Below, one piece after another: positions 10,279 to 20,762 of a stretch of 64,000 nucleotides of DNA. The translations under genes were made by a program, and so were the position numbers. Source of the stretch: a virus (taxonomy: Duplodnaviria > Heunggongvirae > Uroviricota > Caudoviricetes); the IMG/VR virus record IMGVR_UViG_3300029305_011675. One strand, given 5' to 3'. Position 1 is the first letter of the stretch. Each line of letters begins with the position of its first letter. The notes under the pieces were generated by a model. It was not told the DNA's origin. It was given only the letters and a program-made list of their open reading frames with translations, and did no database searches.

Positions 10279-10743
10279 ATGAAAAAGATTATCGCATTTG
10301 TGTTAGTTGTTTTAATGTTGTTCTCAATGGTTGCTTGTTCAAATAAAACATCTATTTTAACACACACATTTAAGTCTCAAGACGAAGAAATTGTGTTTAG
10401 TATTGACACCGATAAATCCATGGAATTTTCAACCGATGAACACCCTGTAAAATTTTATTACAAAGGCGAAATGGTTGGCGAAGGTAGTTTTTATGTAATT
10501 GACTATTACCAAAGTTTTACTGAAAATTATAACACATCATACAATAAGATTTATAATCGTGATGCAAACGGAACATTATATACCGTTTATGAAAACAAAG
10601 ACGAATCCAGAGGTGCTTCTGTTGTTGCCATAATCAATTATGGAAGCGAAAAGTCTTTTATGCTTATTACCTCCCAGTCATCTGCCGAAAACTTGAAAAC
10701 AATAATCGAGAATATCAACATCAAATTACAAACTAAAAAATAA
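10279..10743 (+). CDS. Lipoprotein
   Basis: MKK-hydrophobic-MVAC lipobox. Confidence 0.75.
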   Translation: MKKIIAFVLVVLMLFSMVACSNKTSILTHTFKSQDEEIVFSIDTDKSMEFSTDEHPVKFYYKGEMVGEGSFYVIDYYQSFTENYNTSYNKIYNRDANGTLYTVYENKDESRGASVVAIINYGSEKSFMLITSQSSAENLKTIIENINIKLQTKK

Positions 10744-10754
10744 GGAGAAAGAAT

Positions 10755-11057
10755 ATGGAACTAAAGATTAGACACTCGCTGTTTACAAAGATTGCAAACG
10801 AACAGAAGAAAAGCACAAGTCGTCTTGGTGAAAGAGATGTTAAAGTCGGAGAGAAACTCATCTTCCGTTCAACAGATGATGAAAACTTTGCATATGAAAC
10901 GACTGTTATCGGTGTTAAAGTGTGTAAGTTCTCCGATATCACAGAAGAAGATGCAAAGATGGAAGGTTATGCCTCTCTCGAAGAAATGACGTCATCTCTA
11001 AAAAATGTATACGAATTCGACGAAAACTCTGTATTTACACTAATCAAATTTAAGTGA
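10755..11057 (+). CDS. ASCH domain protein
   Basis: KKSTSRLG...VKVGEKLIF...ITEEDAKMEGY pattern. Confidence 0.8.
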   Translation: MELKIRHSLFTKIANEQKKSTSRLGERDVKVGEKLIFRSTDDENFAYETTVIGVKVCKFSDITEEDAKMEGYASLEEMTSSLKNVYEFDENSVFTLIKFK

Positions 11058-11085
11058 AATTAAGGCACTCAATACGAGTGCCTTT

Positions 11086-11979
11086 TTATTTTTGCTTAAA
11101 AACATCTGCAACTTCTGAAATTGTTATATATGCGGATGGGTCTTCACTATGTACCGCATCTTTCATCCTTGTGATTTGGAAACGGTTTACTACAATATAA
11201 ATGACTTTTTTGTTGGTATCAGAATAATACCCTTTTGCATCTATAACTGTCATCCCGCTTCCCAGCAATTCTGAAAGTATAGCACAAATTTCATCCGCTT
11301 TATCTGTAATAATCATTGCAGATTTTGAACGGTCTAAACCCTCTACAATAAAGTCTACCGTTTTCAATCCAGCACCATAAGCAACAACAGAATATAGTGG
11401 TAAAATCCAACTTTGCAACATTATACCACACAACATATACAAAATCACATTATATATCATTACAAAAGTTCCAACAGTGATTCCAAGTTTTTTCGCAAAT
11501 ATTACCGCCATAACCTCAATGCCATCTATCGCACCGCCATTGCGAATAGTTATACCGCTTCCTACACCAGATATCATACCACCAAAGATTGCACATAAAA
11601 GCAGGTCTGTGCCCGCCAGAGGCGATGCAATGCTCACATCTATTGGAAGTATATCTGTTATGAGAAATGCCGACAAAGAGTAAATAGCGACCGTATAGAT
11701 AGCATATATTGTGAAGGCAAGTCCTTGTTTTTTAAGGCCAAACAAAAATAGTGGCACATTTAGCATTAAAAGGAAAATTGATAAGTCCCACGGTGTGATT
11801 TGGGACAAGAACACAGATGTGCCAGAAATACCACTGTCATACAAATTAACAGGCGTCAAAAACATAGTAACACCTATTGAATTGATAATTCCTGCTATCG
11901 TAAGGAATATGAAATTTTTCAATTTGATTTTATTTAACTGTTTTTTAAGTTTTTCAGAGTATTTACTCATTTCTTTCAC
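11086..11979 (-). CDS. YitT family membrane protein (DUF2179 C-terminus)
   Basis: Multiple TM helices; GGAIDG, GYYS and DPSAYITISEV motifs. Confidence 0.85.
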   Translation of the reverse strand: MKEMSKYSEKLKKQLNKIKLKNFIFLTIAGIINSIGVTMFLTPVNLYDSGISGTSVFLSQITPWDLSIFLLMLNVPLFLFGLKKQGLAFTIYAIYTVAIYSLSAFLITDILPIDVSIASPLAGTDLLLCAIFGGMISGVGSGITIRNGGAIDGIEVMAVIFAKKLGITVGTFVMIYNVILYMLCGIMLQSWILPLYSVVAYGAGLKTVDFIVEGLDRSKSAMIITDKADEICAILSELLGSGMTVIDAKGYYSDTNKKVIYIVVNRFQITRMKDAVHSEDPSAYITISEVADVFKQK

Positions 11980-12161
11980 CGCCTCACTACTTAATTATGT
12001 TAACTCGGCAACGAAAAATCAATAATTATTTGTGCGAACGTTTACAAAAACGAATATTCATTTCTTACCTATCTACTTGTTTTTTGTTTAGAAAAAGGTT
12101 GACTTTGGTAGTGTTTTATGATATAATTATAGTAGAAAAATCAAAAGGAGATAAGACGATT

Positions 12162-12491
12162 ATGGGATGGAGTTCAGCAGGAAACATTGTGAGCGAGCAA
12201 ACAATTTCGCTTTATAATGCCAACAAATTAGACAAAGAAGCATTGGAAACAATTATAAAACCATATATCGGAACAGATTGTGATACCGATACTTTTTATG
12301 ATAAAGCAAACGATGGCAAAGATGTACACGAAATTATTTGCCTCACTATACTCCCAGAGGAGTATAAAAAGGTGAAAAGCAATCTAATTTTTGCAGAAAA
12401 CACACCGCCAGAAGACAAATTTTTTGTAAACAGCAATAATGGAACTGATTTGTTTAATAAAATCTGGCGCGAAATGTGGAAAATGTGGTAA
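12162..12491 (+). CDS. Hypothetical protein
   Basis: AGGAG RBS; start MGWSSAG; upstream promoter at 12099. Confidence 0.7.
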   Translation: MGWSSAGNIVSEQTISLYNANKLDKEALETIIKPYIGTDCDTDTFYDKANDGKDVHEIICLTILPEEYKKVKSNLIFAENTPPEDKFFVNSNNGTDLFNKIWREMWKMW

Positions 12492-12506
12492 AGGAGAATT
12501 TGCACA

Positions 12507-12800
12507 ATGGGAAGCATTATCAATATTTGGACTGACCCTAAAAAGTGGTATATCGAAACAACCCCAAATCCACTTTTTACCAAAACCACAAGCGAAGAAC
12601 TTCTTAAAGCACATGTCGGTGTTGGAGATTATGATTATCACGGTGCTGACGATGTTGTAATATATGTAAGAAAGTCAATCTACGAAAAACTGATAAGTGG
12701 CGAATATATCGTCAAAAGAAACCAAATCAAGTTGGTTGTAGAAGATAAAAATGGAAATTTAATCAAACCATTTTATGAAGATGGTCAATTTGTATATTAA
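12507..12800 (+). CDS. Hypothetical protein
   Basis: RBS; operonic position. Confidence 0.7.
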   Translation: MGSIINIWTDPKKWYIETTPNPLFTKTTSEELLKAHVGVGDYDYHGADDVVIYVRKSIYEKLISGEYIVKRNQIKLVVEDKNGNLIKPFYEDGQFVY

Positions 12801-12811
12801 GGAGTGAGACT

Positions 12812-13111
12812 ATGAGTTGTTATAGAAGTGGCGGTTGCGGACCTTATGAAAATAGACCGTGTAACGAATGTCCCGCAAGCAAGAAAGAGTACATGCTAAA
12901 AGACAAAAACATCAGCATTTATGTCGCTGTTCTCAATGGTGAGGTAAAAGATAATTATATGGCAATTGCTTTCTCCGAAAAAGAAGCAAAACAGCAGGTT
13001 ATCGATGCATATTTTAAAGAAAAAGAGCATACTGAAAAAGACCTTGAAGAAAACGGTATCTATATTACAGTAACACCATTCTTAAATGGCAAAACAGTTG
13101 CAATTTATTAA
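12812..13111 (+). CDS. Hypothetical protein with Cys-rich N-terminus and domain A
   Basis: RBS; C-terminal half similar to the C-terminus of 13452-13976. Confidence 0.7.
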   Translation: MSCYRSGGCGPYENRPCNECPASKKEYMLKDKNISIYVAVLNGEVKDNYMAIAFSEKEAKQQVIDAYFKEKEHTEKDLEENGIYITVTPFLNGKTVAIY

Positions 13112-13122
13112 GGAGGAAGATT

Positions 13123-13449
13123 ATGGAGGTAAAGAAATTCAATTTTCCCGCATATAAAGAATGGGAAAAGACAGAAAGTGCTTCCTGTGAGATTGGAAAT
13201 TATGTAGCACTAATTAAAGTCGCAGGTGTAAGAAATTTTGACAAGGCATCTTGCAAATTAGTTTCTGGTATTGTGTATCCAAAAAATTCTGCAGACCCTT
13301 GGGAAAATGCTATTTTTGAGCATTGTTATGCCTATGTGCCAGCGACCACAAGCGATGAGGAACTTGAAAGAATGTATAACGAAACCTGCGAATGCATTAA
13401 TGATAAATTTTCTGACCACATTTTTGCAGAATATATTAAGGAGGAATAA
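13123..13449 (+). CDS. Hypothetical protein (domain B)
   Basis: AGGAGG RBS; similar to the N-terminus of 13452-13976. Confidence 0.7.
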   Translation: MEVKKFNFPAYKEWEKTESASCEIGNYVALIKVAGVRNFDKASCKLVSGIVYPKNSADPWENAIFEHCYAYVPATTSDEELERMYNETCECINDKFSDHIFAEYIKEE

Positions 13450-13451
13450 CA

Positions 13452-13976
13452 ATGTTCTTCAAAAAATTCGATTTTGAATCTTTCGATAAATGGGTAGGCA
13501 ACAAGAAGAGGAAAATCCAATTAGGCGACTACATTGCTGAAATAGGTGTTTTTTCTTATGGGTGTAATGGGAATACCGTAAACACCTATTGTGCCGCCCT
13601 TGCTTGTCGTCAAAACCCGCACAATGTATATTCATCTTGCATTTATCGTGAAATATTCAATTATGACCATAAAAATGGAAATATTGAAGAACTAAAAATG
13701 TGGTATGAAAAAGTGTGCGAGGAAATCAATCTCGCATATAAAGAATATATGAGAAAAAATTATTTCATTCCCAACCAAGACTTGTATATTGCACTTGCTC
13801 GTGGAGATGAAAGGGAAGAATATATTGCAATCGGTTTTACCGAAGAACAAGCAAAAATTAACTGCATTAAGGAATTTTTCAAAGAAGACAATCATACAGA
13901 AGCAGAATTAAATCAAAGCGGTTACGAAATCACCGTAAGCAAGTTTTCTAAAAATCATATGTCGGAGGGTATTTGA
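13452..13976 (+). CDS. Hypothetical protein (domain B + domain A fusion)
   Basis: Similarity to both preceding ORFs. Confidence 0.7.
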   Translation: MFFKKFDFESFDKWVGNKKRKIQLGDYIAEIGVFSYGCNGNTVNTYCAALACRQNPHNVYSSCIYREIFNYDHKNGNIEELKMWYEKVCEEINLAYKEYMRKNYFIPNQDLYIALARGDEREEYIAIGFTEEQAKINCIKEFFKEDNHTEAELNQSGYEITVSKFSKNHMSEGI

Positions 13977-13977
13977 T

Positions 13978-14706
13978 ATGGCAAAAAAAATGGAGTTAGA
14001 CTTTTTGTTGAACGATACTGCTTGGAAGATTGAAAACATTTCTACAAACGGTGCAAAAATCAAACCAATTCAAATTACTGCAATTTCGATTTATCAAAAC
14101 AATATCCGCTATGAATATGCTGGTGAATATGAAACTGGTTTTTTCTTTCATAAAGATGTTGGCGAAACTATCTTCGAAACAAGCACGGATGCACAAATGC
14201 ACTCCCAAAATGTTAAAGATGAAAATATCGATTGTGATTTTTCTTATATATTTTTTGCTGTCAGAAAACACATCACAAACTTTGACAATTTCACCCGTTT
14301 CAATATTCGTTTACGACACACAATCAACACCAACATTGCATACTTTGTAATTGACAAATGTGACAAGATTAACCCCAATTTGAGAAATAAAGCGGTTGTG
14401 GACAAACTCATCGGCGAATTAACAGAAGATGATATAGACAGCATTTGCGAAAAGCGAGGTATTTGCTACAAATACCATTCTGGTGTTCATGAAACTTCTG
14501 CTTATTCGCATGTTTCAAACCATAATTTTGATTCCGAAGAGGATTGCTACACAATCGACGCTTGGAAGACAGATGACGAAAACGAGGAGGGCAAAGTAAT
14601 CGCAAAAGTATCTAAAATAGGTGCATTGATTTTTATGCCTGAAACAAATTGTGCCGACCCTAAACTTTGTGCCGCAATCGAAGAAGTGCTAACAACAAAG
14701 TTTTAA
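13978..14706 (+). CDS. Hypothetical protein
   Basis: 242-aa ORF with RBS; ends at a bidirectional terminator. Confidence 0.7.
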   Translation: MAKKMELDFLLNDTAWKIENISTNGAKIKPIQITAISIYQNNIRYEYAGEYETGFFFHKDVGETIFETSTDAQMHSQNVKDENIDCDFSYIFFAVRKHITNFDNFTRFNIRLRHTINTNIAYFVIDKCDKINPNLRNKAVVDKLIGELTEDDIDSICEKRGICYKYHSGVHETSAYSHVSNHNFDSEEDCYTIDAWKTDDENEEGKVIAKVSKIGALIFMPETNCADPKLCAAIEEVLTTKF

Positions 14707-14743
14707 CAAAAAAGAGAGTAGGTTTTTCAAACAACCTACTCTC

Positions 14744-15520
14744 TTATTTTTTTACAAACATTTTCGGATATAATTTACGAACATTTTCGTTTGTGATACG
14801 GATAACTTCCTCAACCGATACGCCTTTTAATTTAGCAATTTCTTCAATTACATATTTAATCTTACCAGAGTCGTTTCGCTGTCTACGAACCGCATCTGGT
14901 GTCAAAAATGGACAGTCTGTTTCGAGTACAATCCTTTCAAGTGGCATTTTGCGAATAGCATCTCGCAATTCTACATTGTTTTTATAAGTGGAAGTACCAC
15001 CAATACCAAAATAATAGCCCAATTTAACAAGTTCTTGCATAGTCTTCACACCATATGCATAACAGTGAATAACACCGAGCATTTGGCCGTTGTTTTTAAG
15101 AATGTCGAGAGTATCTTTTTCAGCATCTCTCGAATGAATACATACGGGAAGTCCAATCCTTTTTGCAAGTTTCAATTGTTCGATAAACCACTTTTTCTGT
15201 TGTGGCGGATTGTTTTTGTGGTAGTAATCAAGTCCGATTTCGCCAATGCCAATAATCTTATCATGCGACAATTGTTTGACAAAGGCATCAAAAGCATTTT
15301 TGTCTTCCAATTGCTCTGTGCTGGTTGGGAAAAATCCAATAACACCATATACATTGTCGTACTTATTGATTAAATCAATAACTCTTTTGTTAGAATTTGT
15401 ATCCGTTCCGCACTCAACAATATATTCAAGGTCTGTTTCTAAAAGAGATTTAATTAAAGCATCTCTATCGCCATTAAACAATCTATGAATATAATGCGAA
15501 TGCGTGTCAATATATTGCAT
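14744..15520 (-). CDS. tatD: TatD family deoxyribonuclease
   Basis: IDTHSH, IGEIGLDY, IHSRDA, IHCY and LETDCPFL motifs. Confidence 0.93.
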   Translation of the reverse strand: MQYIDTHSHYIHRLFNGDRDALIKSLLETDLEYIVECGTDTNSNKRVIDLINKYDNVYGVIGFFPTSTEQLEDKNAFDAFVKQLSHDKIIGIGEIGLDYYHKNNPPQQKKWFIEQLKLAKRIGLPVCIHSRDAEKDTLDILKNNGQMLGVIHCYAYGVKTMQELVKLGYYFGIGGTSTYKNNVELRDAIRKMPLERIVLETDCPFLTPDAVRRQRNDSGKIKYVIEEIAKLKGVSVEEVIRITNENVRKLYPKMFVKK

Positions 15521-15543
15521 GTTTATTCTCCTTTCTTCAATTT

Positions 15544-16110
15544 TCAGAAACCGTATTCAGACAAATCAATATCTCCTCCCTTTCTCGGCATAGGTTCATA
15601 GCCTTCGCTGATAAGGATTTGACGCACTTCTTCGTCAGATAATACGCGGTGGATAAATATTTCGCCAGACAAAATCCACTCTCCAAGTTGCTGTGGATTT
15701 GTTTTATATTTATAGTATCCATTAACAGGCACATAATCCAAATATGCCTTTTTATGCACCAACTTACCATCAATCATACCTTGCTCGTTAGCAAGCGGTT
15801 GGTAGTCCACATCATCCTTGTAGGACACCTCACACCAAACATGTTCTGGGTTCATGTATTCAATCTTACCACTGTCGCCCTTCATACCGATATGAACAGC
15901 GAGAGGGATGTCAGATAGATGCCAAGCAGGTCTGAAAGCAAGCGGACCAAGTCTGGATTTTACTTTCTCTCCAACCTTTATACCACATTCTGCAGGCAAC
16001 CACTTTTGCATTTCAGTTTCTTTGTCGCTCAAAACAAAAAGCGGAAACAATTTTCCTTTTTCACTCTTTTTCAATCTAAACATTTTATATGCTTTTGGCA
16101 TATTATTCAC
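15544..16110 (-). CDS. Hypothetical protein
   Basis: 188-aa ORF with RBS and upstream promoter. Confidence 0.7.
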   Translation of the reverse strand: MNNMPKAYKMFRLKKSEKGKLFPLFVLSDKETEMQKWLPAECGIKVGEKVKSRLGPLAFRPAWHLSDIPLAVHIGMKGDSGKIEYMNPEHVWCEVSYKDDVDYQPLANEQGMIDGKLVHKKAYLDYVPVNGYYKYKTNPQQLGEWILSGEIFIHRVLSDEEVRQILISEGYEPMPRKGGDIDLSEYGF

Positions 16111-16199
16111 TTCCTTTCCTTGATATTATTATACCACAAAATCATAACAGAGTCAATAGAAAAAAGCAGTTGGTGACAAAACGACACCAACTGCTTATA

Positions 16200-16463
16200 T
16201 TATAGTTTCATCAACTTGCGCCAGCCATTATATTCAAACAACTTCTTTGCACCATGGTCGATGTATTCGATTTTGTTATCTGTTACAATAACTTTAACAT
16301 AGTAATCAAACTCGATTCGCTCCAAAGTCATAGGCAGGAGAGGGTTGTCTGCTGGAGTGGTATATACTACATTAACTTTGCCTTTGGTTACCACATCCCC
16401 GCAATCAGGATGATATTTCAGAAGTTGTTGGACTTTTGCGATAATTTTTTGTGCATTTCTCAT
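16200..16463 (-). CDS. Hypothetical protein
   Basis: GAGGTG RBS; operonic position. Confidence 0.65.
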   Translation of the reverse strand: MRNAQKIIAKVQQLLKYHPDCGDVVTKGKVNVVYTTPADNPLLPMTLERIEFDYYVKVIVTDNKIEYIDHGAKKLFEYNGWRKLMKL

Positions 16464-16856
16464 ACATTCACCTCAATCTTCAATCGGTTCGTGCGGTGCA
16501 ATTTCATACATTGCTTCAAATCGTTCCGCCGACAAAAAACAAATTTTATTGTTTTCATCAACAACCATATAATCACCGACCATCGGATATGCATGTCTAT
16601 GGTCAGACAATCTGATATAACCGATTTTTCTGGCATGCTCACAACCACCGCATTCTTTCATGCAGTGTCCATCATCTTCATAATCGCAACGGAAATCAGA
16701 ATTGCGATATGCTTCTTCTTCTCGCCGTTCATCAATAAAGAGAAGAGAATCAAGGTGATGTGCACAAACGGTCACATAGCCATCGTATTTTTCATCGGTA
16801 ATTCGCTCTGCACGAACAACCTCTGGAATCTTCCTTACATATTTATTCATATCCAT
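16460..16856 (-). CDS. Hypothetical protein (ORF 16473-16856)
   Basis: AGGAG RBS; operonic position. Confidence 0.6.
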
Positions 16857-17640
16857 TCTCCTTTTTCATAACAGGTCCTTTATCCTTCGCCCACAGTTGC
16901 AGTTCTTTAACGGAAAACCATCCAAAGTTATAAAGATGTTGTTCCATAGGGTTCAACCAAAAAACAACTTCTTTTTTCTTTTCGTCTTTCCATCGAGGAG
17001 TAAGAGCAAAATATCTTTTCCCCGCCTTTTTTAGAAGTTCAAAAATACCAGTATCAACTGCACGAATGGCAAGTCGTTTCTGGTCTTCATCCTTTTCTTT
17101 CATCTCATTTAAAACTTCTTCATCCATACGAGAAAGAATAACGACATTCAAACCGCCACGAGAAAAAGGATTGCTCGTCTTACCAACGAAAAGCAAAGCA
17201 TCGTTGGTCTTAATTGCATTCAAAAGCTCCTTACCGAATTCAATATACTTTTCGTCAAAAAGCAACTGAAAACCGCCCTCATCCCAGAAAGACATAAACC
17301 CATACTTTTCGAGGGTCATTTCACCAGGATACATGTGAAGACCGTCCATAATTTTTCTTAAAGTAATCTTATCCTTATCCATCAAATAATTGATATTTTC
17401 GGAATAGATGTAAAAATATTTCTTTTTCTTAATAGTTACCTGTCCGCCATCAACACTTTCGCCCTTTGTGATTTTACGACGGTCAACTCCAACGGTAATA
17501 CTATTATTGGCGACACCAAGGCGAGTACACATTCTCTGAATACCCCACTCGTGTTCGGCACAAAAATCAGCACCAAGATTAACACCTACAAACTCGTTAT
17601 TCTTATTGTAAATAATGTTTCCACCATAACTTTGTCTCAT
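16843..17640 (-). CDS. Hypothetical protein
   Basis: 265 aa with AGGAG RBS and divergent promoter near 17700. Confidence 0.75.
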   Translation of the reverse strand: MRQSYGGNIIYNKNNEFVGVNLGADFCAEHEWGIQRMCTRLGVANNSITVGVDRRKITKGESVDGGQVTIKKKKYFYIYSENINYLMDKDKITLRKIMDGLHMYPGEMTLEKYGFMSFWDEGGFQLLFDEKYIEFGKELLNAIKTNDALLFVGKTSNPFSRGGLNVVILSRMDEEVLNEMKEKDEDQKRLAIRAVDTGIFELLKKAGKRYFALTPRWKDEKKKEVVFWLNPMEQHLYNFGWFSVKELQLWAKDKGPVMKKENGYE

Positions 17641-17780
17641 TTTTCATTCTCCTTTTAGTGTTTTTCTTTGATATCATTATACCACAAATCAATCCTAATG
17701 TCAACTACTTTTCGCAACAAAAAACCGTTGACTTCTAATGTTTTTTGTGGTATAATATAAGAAAAGAAGGGAGAATACTT

Positions 17781-18332
17781 ATGGAAAAAATAACAAAAAT
17801 GGACAAATGCAGATTTTGTTTTCCAGATATCAAAAGAGTTGGTAATGAAACAAAACTGTTCTATAATTGTTCTAAAAAAGGCGAATTCAATGATGAAGGT
17901 TTTTGCGAAGGATGTGAAAGTTTTTCATCTCGATATATTGAATACCCAATTGAGGTTTCTGCAATCAATACGGAACACTTCAATGCAGACGGTCTTTATT
18001 CAAAACGTATTGGCGAAATCGTAAAAATCCGCCCATGTGGTAAAGAATATGAGGGGAAAACTTTTCTCGGAATTTTGCTTGGAGATTTAATTGTTTCTCC
18101 GCACATTTCACATGACAAGAAAACCAACGAATTAAACATCGGTGCGATGACAAATCCTGCAATTTTTGTTCCCGAATTAAAGAAAATCATTTATGGTTAC
18201 GAATCGTGGTGGGGAACAATCACAAATAAAGATGATTTGTCAGATTTGAATATTTCCGACGATGATATTGAAAACACTTGGTATGTACAATTACTAAAAT
18301 CAATGATTAACACAGAAGAAAAGCAGTCGTAA
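17781..18332 (+). CDS. Hypothetical protein with Cys-rich N-terminus
   Basis: RBS before ATG 17781; CxxC motifs. Confidence 0.7.
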   Translation: MEKITKMDKCRFCFPDIKRVGNETKLFYNCSKKGEFNDEGFCEGCESFSSRYIEYPIEVSAINTEHFNADGLYSKRIGEIVKIRPCGKEYEGKTFLGILLGDLIVSPHISHDKKTNELNIGAMTNPAIFVPELKKIIYGYESWWGTITNKDDLSDLNISDDDIENTWYVQLLKSMINTEEKQS

Positions 18333-18420
18333 GACTGCTTTTCCTAAAGTTTATTTGACATTGTTGCGAAATTATATTACATTTTTGATATAATTTTTAT
18401 GCAAAGGAGTGTCGTAAACT

Positions 18421-18597
18421 ATGTTAATGAAAATTAATAAAGACGACTGTGCCGCTTGTGGAATCTGCAAAGAAGCATGTCCTAATGCAGCAATTGATTT
18501 TGTAGATGGAGAATACACCATTAACCCAGAAATATGTATTGGTTGTGGCATTTGTGCAGAATTCTGCCCTGCGGATGCTGTTTTTGAGGTAGAATAA
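18421..18597 (+). CDS. 2[4Fe-4S] ferredoxin (58 aa; absent from the ORF track)
   Basis: Translated by hand; two CxxCxxCxxxCP motifs (CAACGICKEACP, CIGCGICAEFCP); AGGAG RBS. Confidence 0.93.
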   Translation: MLMKINKDDCAACGICKEACPNAAIDFVDGEYTINPEICIGCGICAEFCPADAVFEVE

Positions 18598-18598
18598 A

Positions 18599-19684
18599 AT
18601 GTTGAAAAATCATCTTAATTCAATAATTAAAGGTGATACAATAGAAACATTAAAGCAATTCCCAGACAATTCAATTGATGTTATATTCGCTGACCCACCA
18701 TATTTCATGCAAACATCGGGAAAAACTTTACAAAGAGCAGATGGTACAGGCGAATTTAAGGGGTGCAATGATGACTGGGATAAATATGAAGATTATCGTG
18801 AATACGATAATTTTTCAACCAATTGGTTAAGAGAATGCAAAAGAATCTTAAAACCGAACGGAACAATTTGGGTCATCGGTTCTTTTCAAAATATTTATCG
18901 AATTGGTTACATAATGCAAAATCTTGGATTTTGGATTTTAAATGACATCGTGTGGTCAAAAACAAACCCAACTCCCAATATGGCAGGAACAAGGTTTTGC
19001 AATGCACACGAAACATTGCTTTGGTGTGCAAAATCTGAAAACAGTAAGTTCACTTTTAATTATAAAACAATGAAACATCTTAATGGTGGCAAGCAAGACA
19101 AAAGTATTTGGACTCTTGGTATTTGCCAAGGTTATGAACGCTTAAAAGACGAAACAGGAACAAAACTTCACACGACACAAAAACCAGAAAGTCTTTTAGA
19201 AAAGGTTATTTTGTCTTCTACAAAACCCAATGATATTATCTTGGACCCGTTTTTTGGAACGGGCACAACAGGTGCCATTGCTAAAAAATACGGAAGGAAC
19301 TTTATTGGCATCGAAAGAGAAGATAAATACATACAGGGAGCAAACGAACGCATTAAAAACCAAAAAATTTGTTCCAACGAAATTTCAAATTTGTCCTTGG
19401 AAACAAAACCACCAAAAGTATCACTAATACAACTCATTGATGCTGGTTATATTTCTGAACACGAAATGTTATACGATAAAAACGGCAAAGAAATTGCTTT
19501 AATAGCAAAAAACAACAAAGTATTATACCAAAACGAAGAATATTCCATACACAAATTGTCAGCAAAATTATTAAACAAAAGCAATAATAACGGTTGGTCA
19601 TACTTTTTTATTAAAAGGAATGATGAACTTATTTGCATCGACGATTTAAGATATAAATTTCAAAATAAGGAGTGTATTTTATGA
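18599..19684 (+). CDS. Beta-class N6-adenine DNA methyltransferase, CcrM/M.HinfI-like
   Basis: DPPY, NDIVWSKTNPTPN..GTRFCNAHETLLW, HTTQKPE, DPFFGTGT; C-terminal extension ending NNGW. Confidence 0.88.
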   Translation: MLKNHLNSIIKGDTIETLKQFPDNSIDVIFADPPYFMQTSGKTLQRADGTGEFKGCNDDWDKYEDYREYDNFSTNWLRECKRILKPNGTIWVIGSFQNIYRIGYIMQNLGFWILNDIVWSKTNPTPNMAGTRFCNAHETLLWCAKSENSKFTFNYKTMKHLNGGKQDKSIWTLGICQGYERLKDETGTKLHTTQKPESLLEKVILSSTKPNDIILDPFFGTGTTGAIAKKYGRNFIGIEREDKYIQGANERIKNQKICSNEISNLSLETKPPKVSLIQLIDAGYISEHEMLYDKNGKEIALIAKNNKVLYQNEEYSIHKLSAKLLNKSNNNGWSYFFIKRNDELICIDDLRYKFQNKECIL

Positions 19685-19872
19685 AACAGAGATTTTTAGG
19701 TTTGTATGATTTGGCATTTGATGAAAACGGGAACATCAAAGCATGCGGAAGAGAGGTTTGTAAAGAGCTAATTGTTCTCGCAAACCAAATCGAAAAAAAT
19801 GTAAAGCACGGAGACGAAACAACTGGTATGATGGATGTTGATACTATCAAGTCTCTGCGAGCAACTCTATAA
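19681..19872 (+). CDS. Hypothetical protein
   Basis: AAGGAG RBS; overlaps the MTase stop. Confidence 0.6.
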   Translation: MKQRFLGLYDLAFDENGNIKACGREVCKELIVLANQIEKNVKHGDETTGMMDVDTIKSLRATL

Positions 19873-19893
19873 CAAAAAAGGAGAAAAAACCTT

Positions 19894-20640
19894 ATGAAGA
19901 AAATTATTGCACTTTTATTGGCATTACTCTGTATCGTTTCAGTAATGTCTGGATGCTCTGCACTTGAAGATTTTGCAGAGGGTTTCAAAGACGGTGTTAA
20001 AGAAGAAATTTCCACCCCTGTAGATGATGATACAGAAAACAAAAACGACAATGAAACATCTACTCCTGCCGTAGATGATAAAGAAGAAGAAAAAGAAGAA
20101 AAAGAATTTGCCTTTGGCGTCACAAATGGAAAACAATATAAAAGCGACTTTATTGGCATTTCTTGTACAATCCCAGAAGATTGGGACTTTTTTGATGAAG
20201 CATCAATCAAAGAACTCAATAACATTGCACTCGATGCAATGGATGATGATATCGCAGAAAAACTTAAAAATGCAAATGTAATTTATGATATGTATGCATC
20301 CAATGCAAGCACTGCTGATAATGTAAATATCAATTTGGAGAAAATTCCATCTTATATGGTTTCTAACCTTAATGTTGAAGAAGTTTTAAAGAAGCAATTC
20401 ACCACAATTGAACAATCTTTGGAAAGCGCAGGCGCTTCTGTCGATGAAATCAAATACATGGAAATCGAAGTTGATGGACAGAAATTCGATGGAGTTTCTA
20501 TCGCTTCAACAGTAAGTGGAACAAAATTGTATCAAAAAATGATTGCCTTCAACAGAGGTAATTACCTTGTGTATATTACAGCAACTTCTTTTGATGCAAA
20601 CGGTGCTGATGAAATTTTGTCCTTCTTTAATTTTGACTAA
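19894..20640 (+). CDS. Lipoprotein
   Basis: Lipobox MSGC; acidic linker. Confidence 0.8.
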   Translation: MKKIIALLLALLCIVSVMSGCSALEDFAEGFKDGVKEEISTPVDDDTENKNDNETSTPAVDDKEEEKEEKEFAFGVTNGKQYKSDFIGISCTIPEDWDFFDEASIKELNNIALDAMDDDIAEKLKNANVIYDMYASNASTADNVNINLEKIPSYMVSNLNVEEVLKKQFTTIEQSLESAGASVDEIKYMEIEVDGQKFDGVSIASTVSGTKLYQKMIAFNRGNYLVYITATSFDANGADEILSFFNFD

Positions 20641-20762
20641 TAGCGAAATCCTTGTTGTTAATTCAACAAGGATTTTTTGCATTTTTATAAAAAAGTAGTT
20701 GACAAATGCTTTGAGTTGTGATATAATAAGTTTACACTAAAGAAAGGAGCGAAGGAATATCT

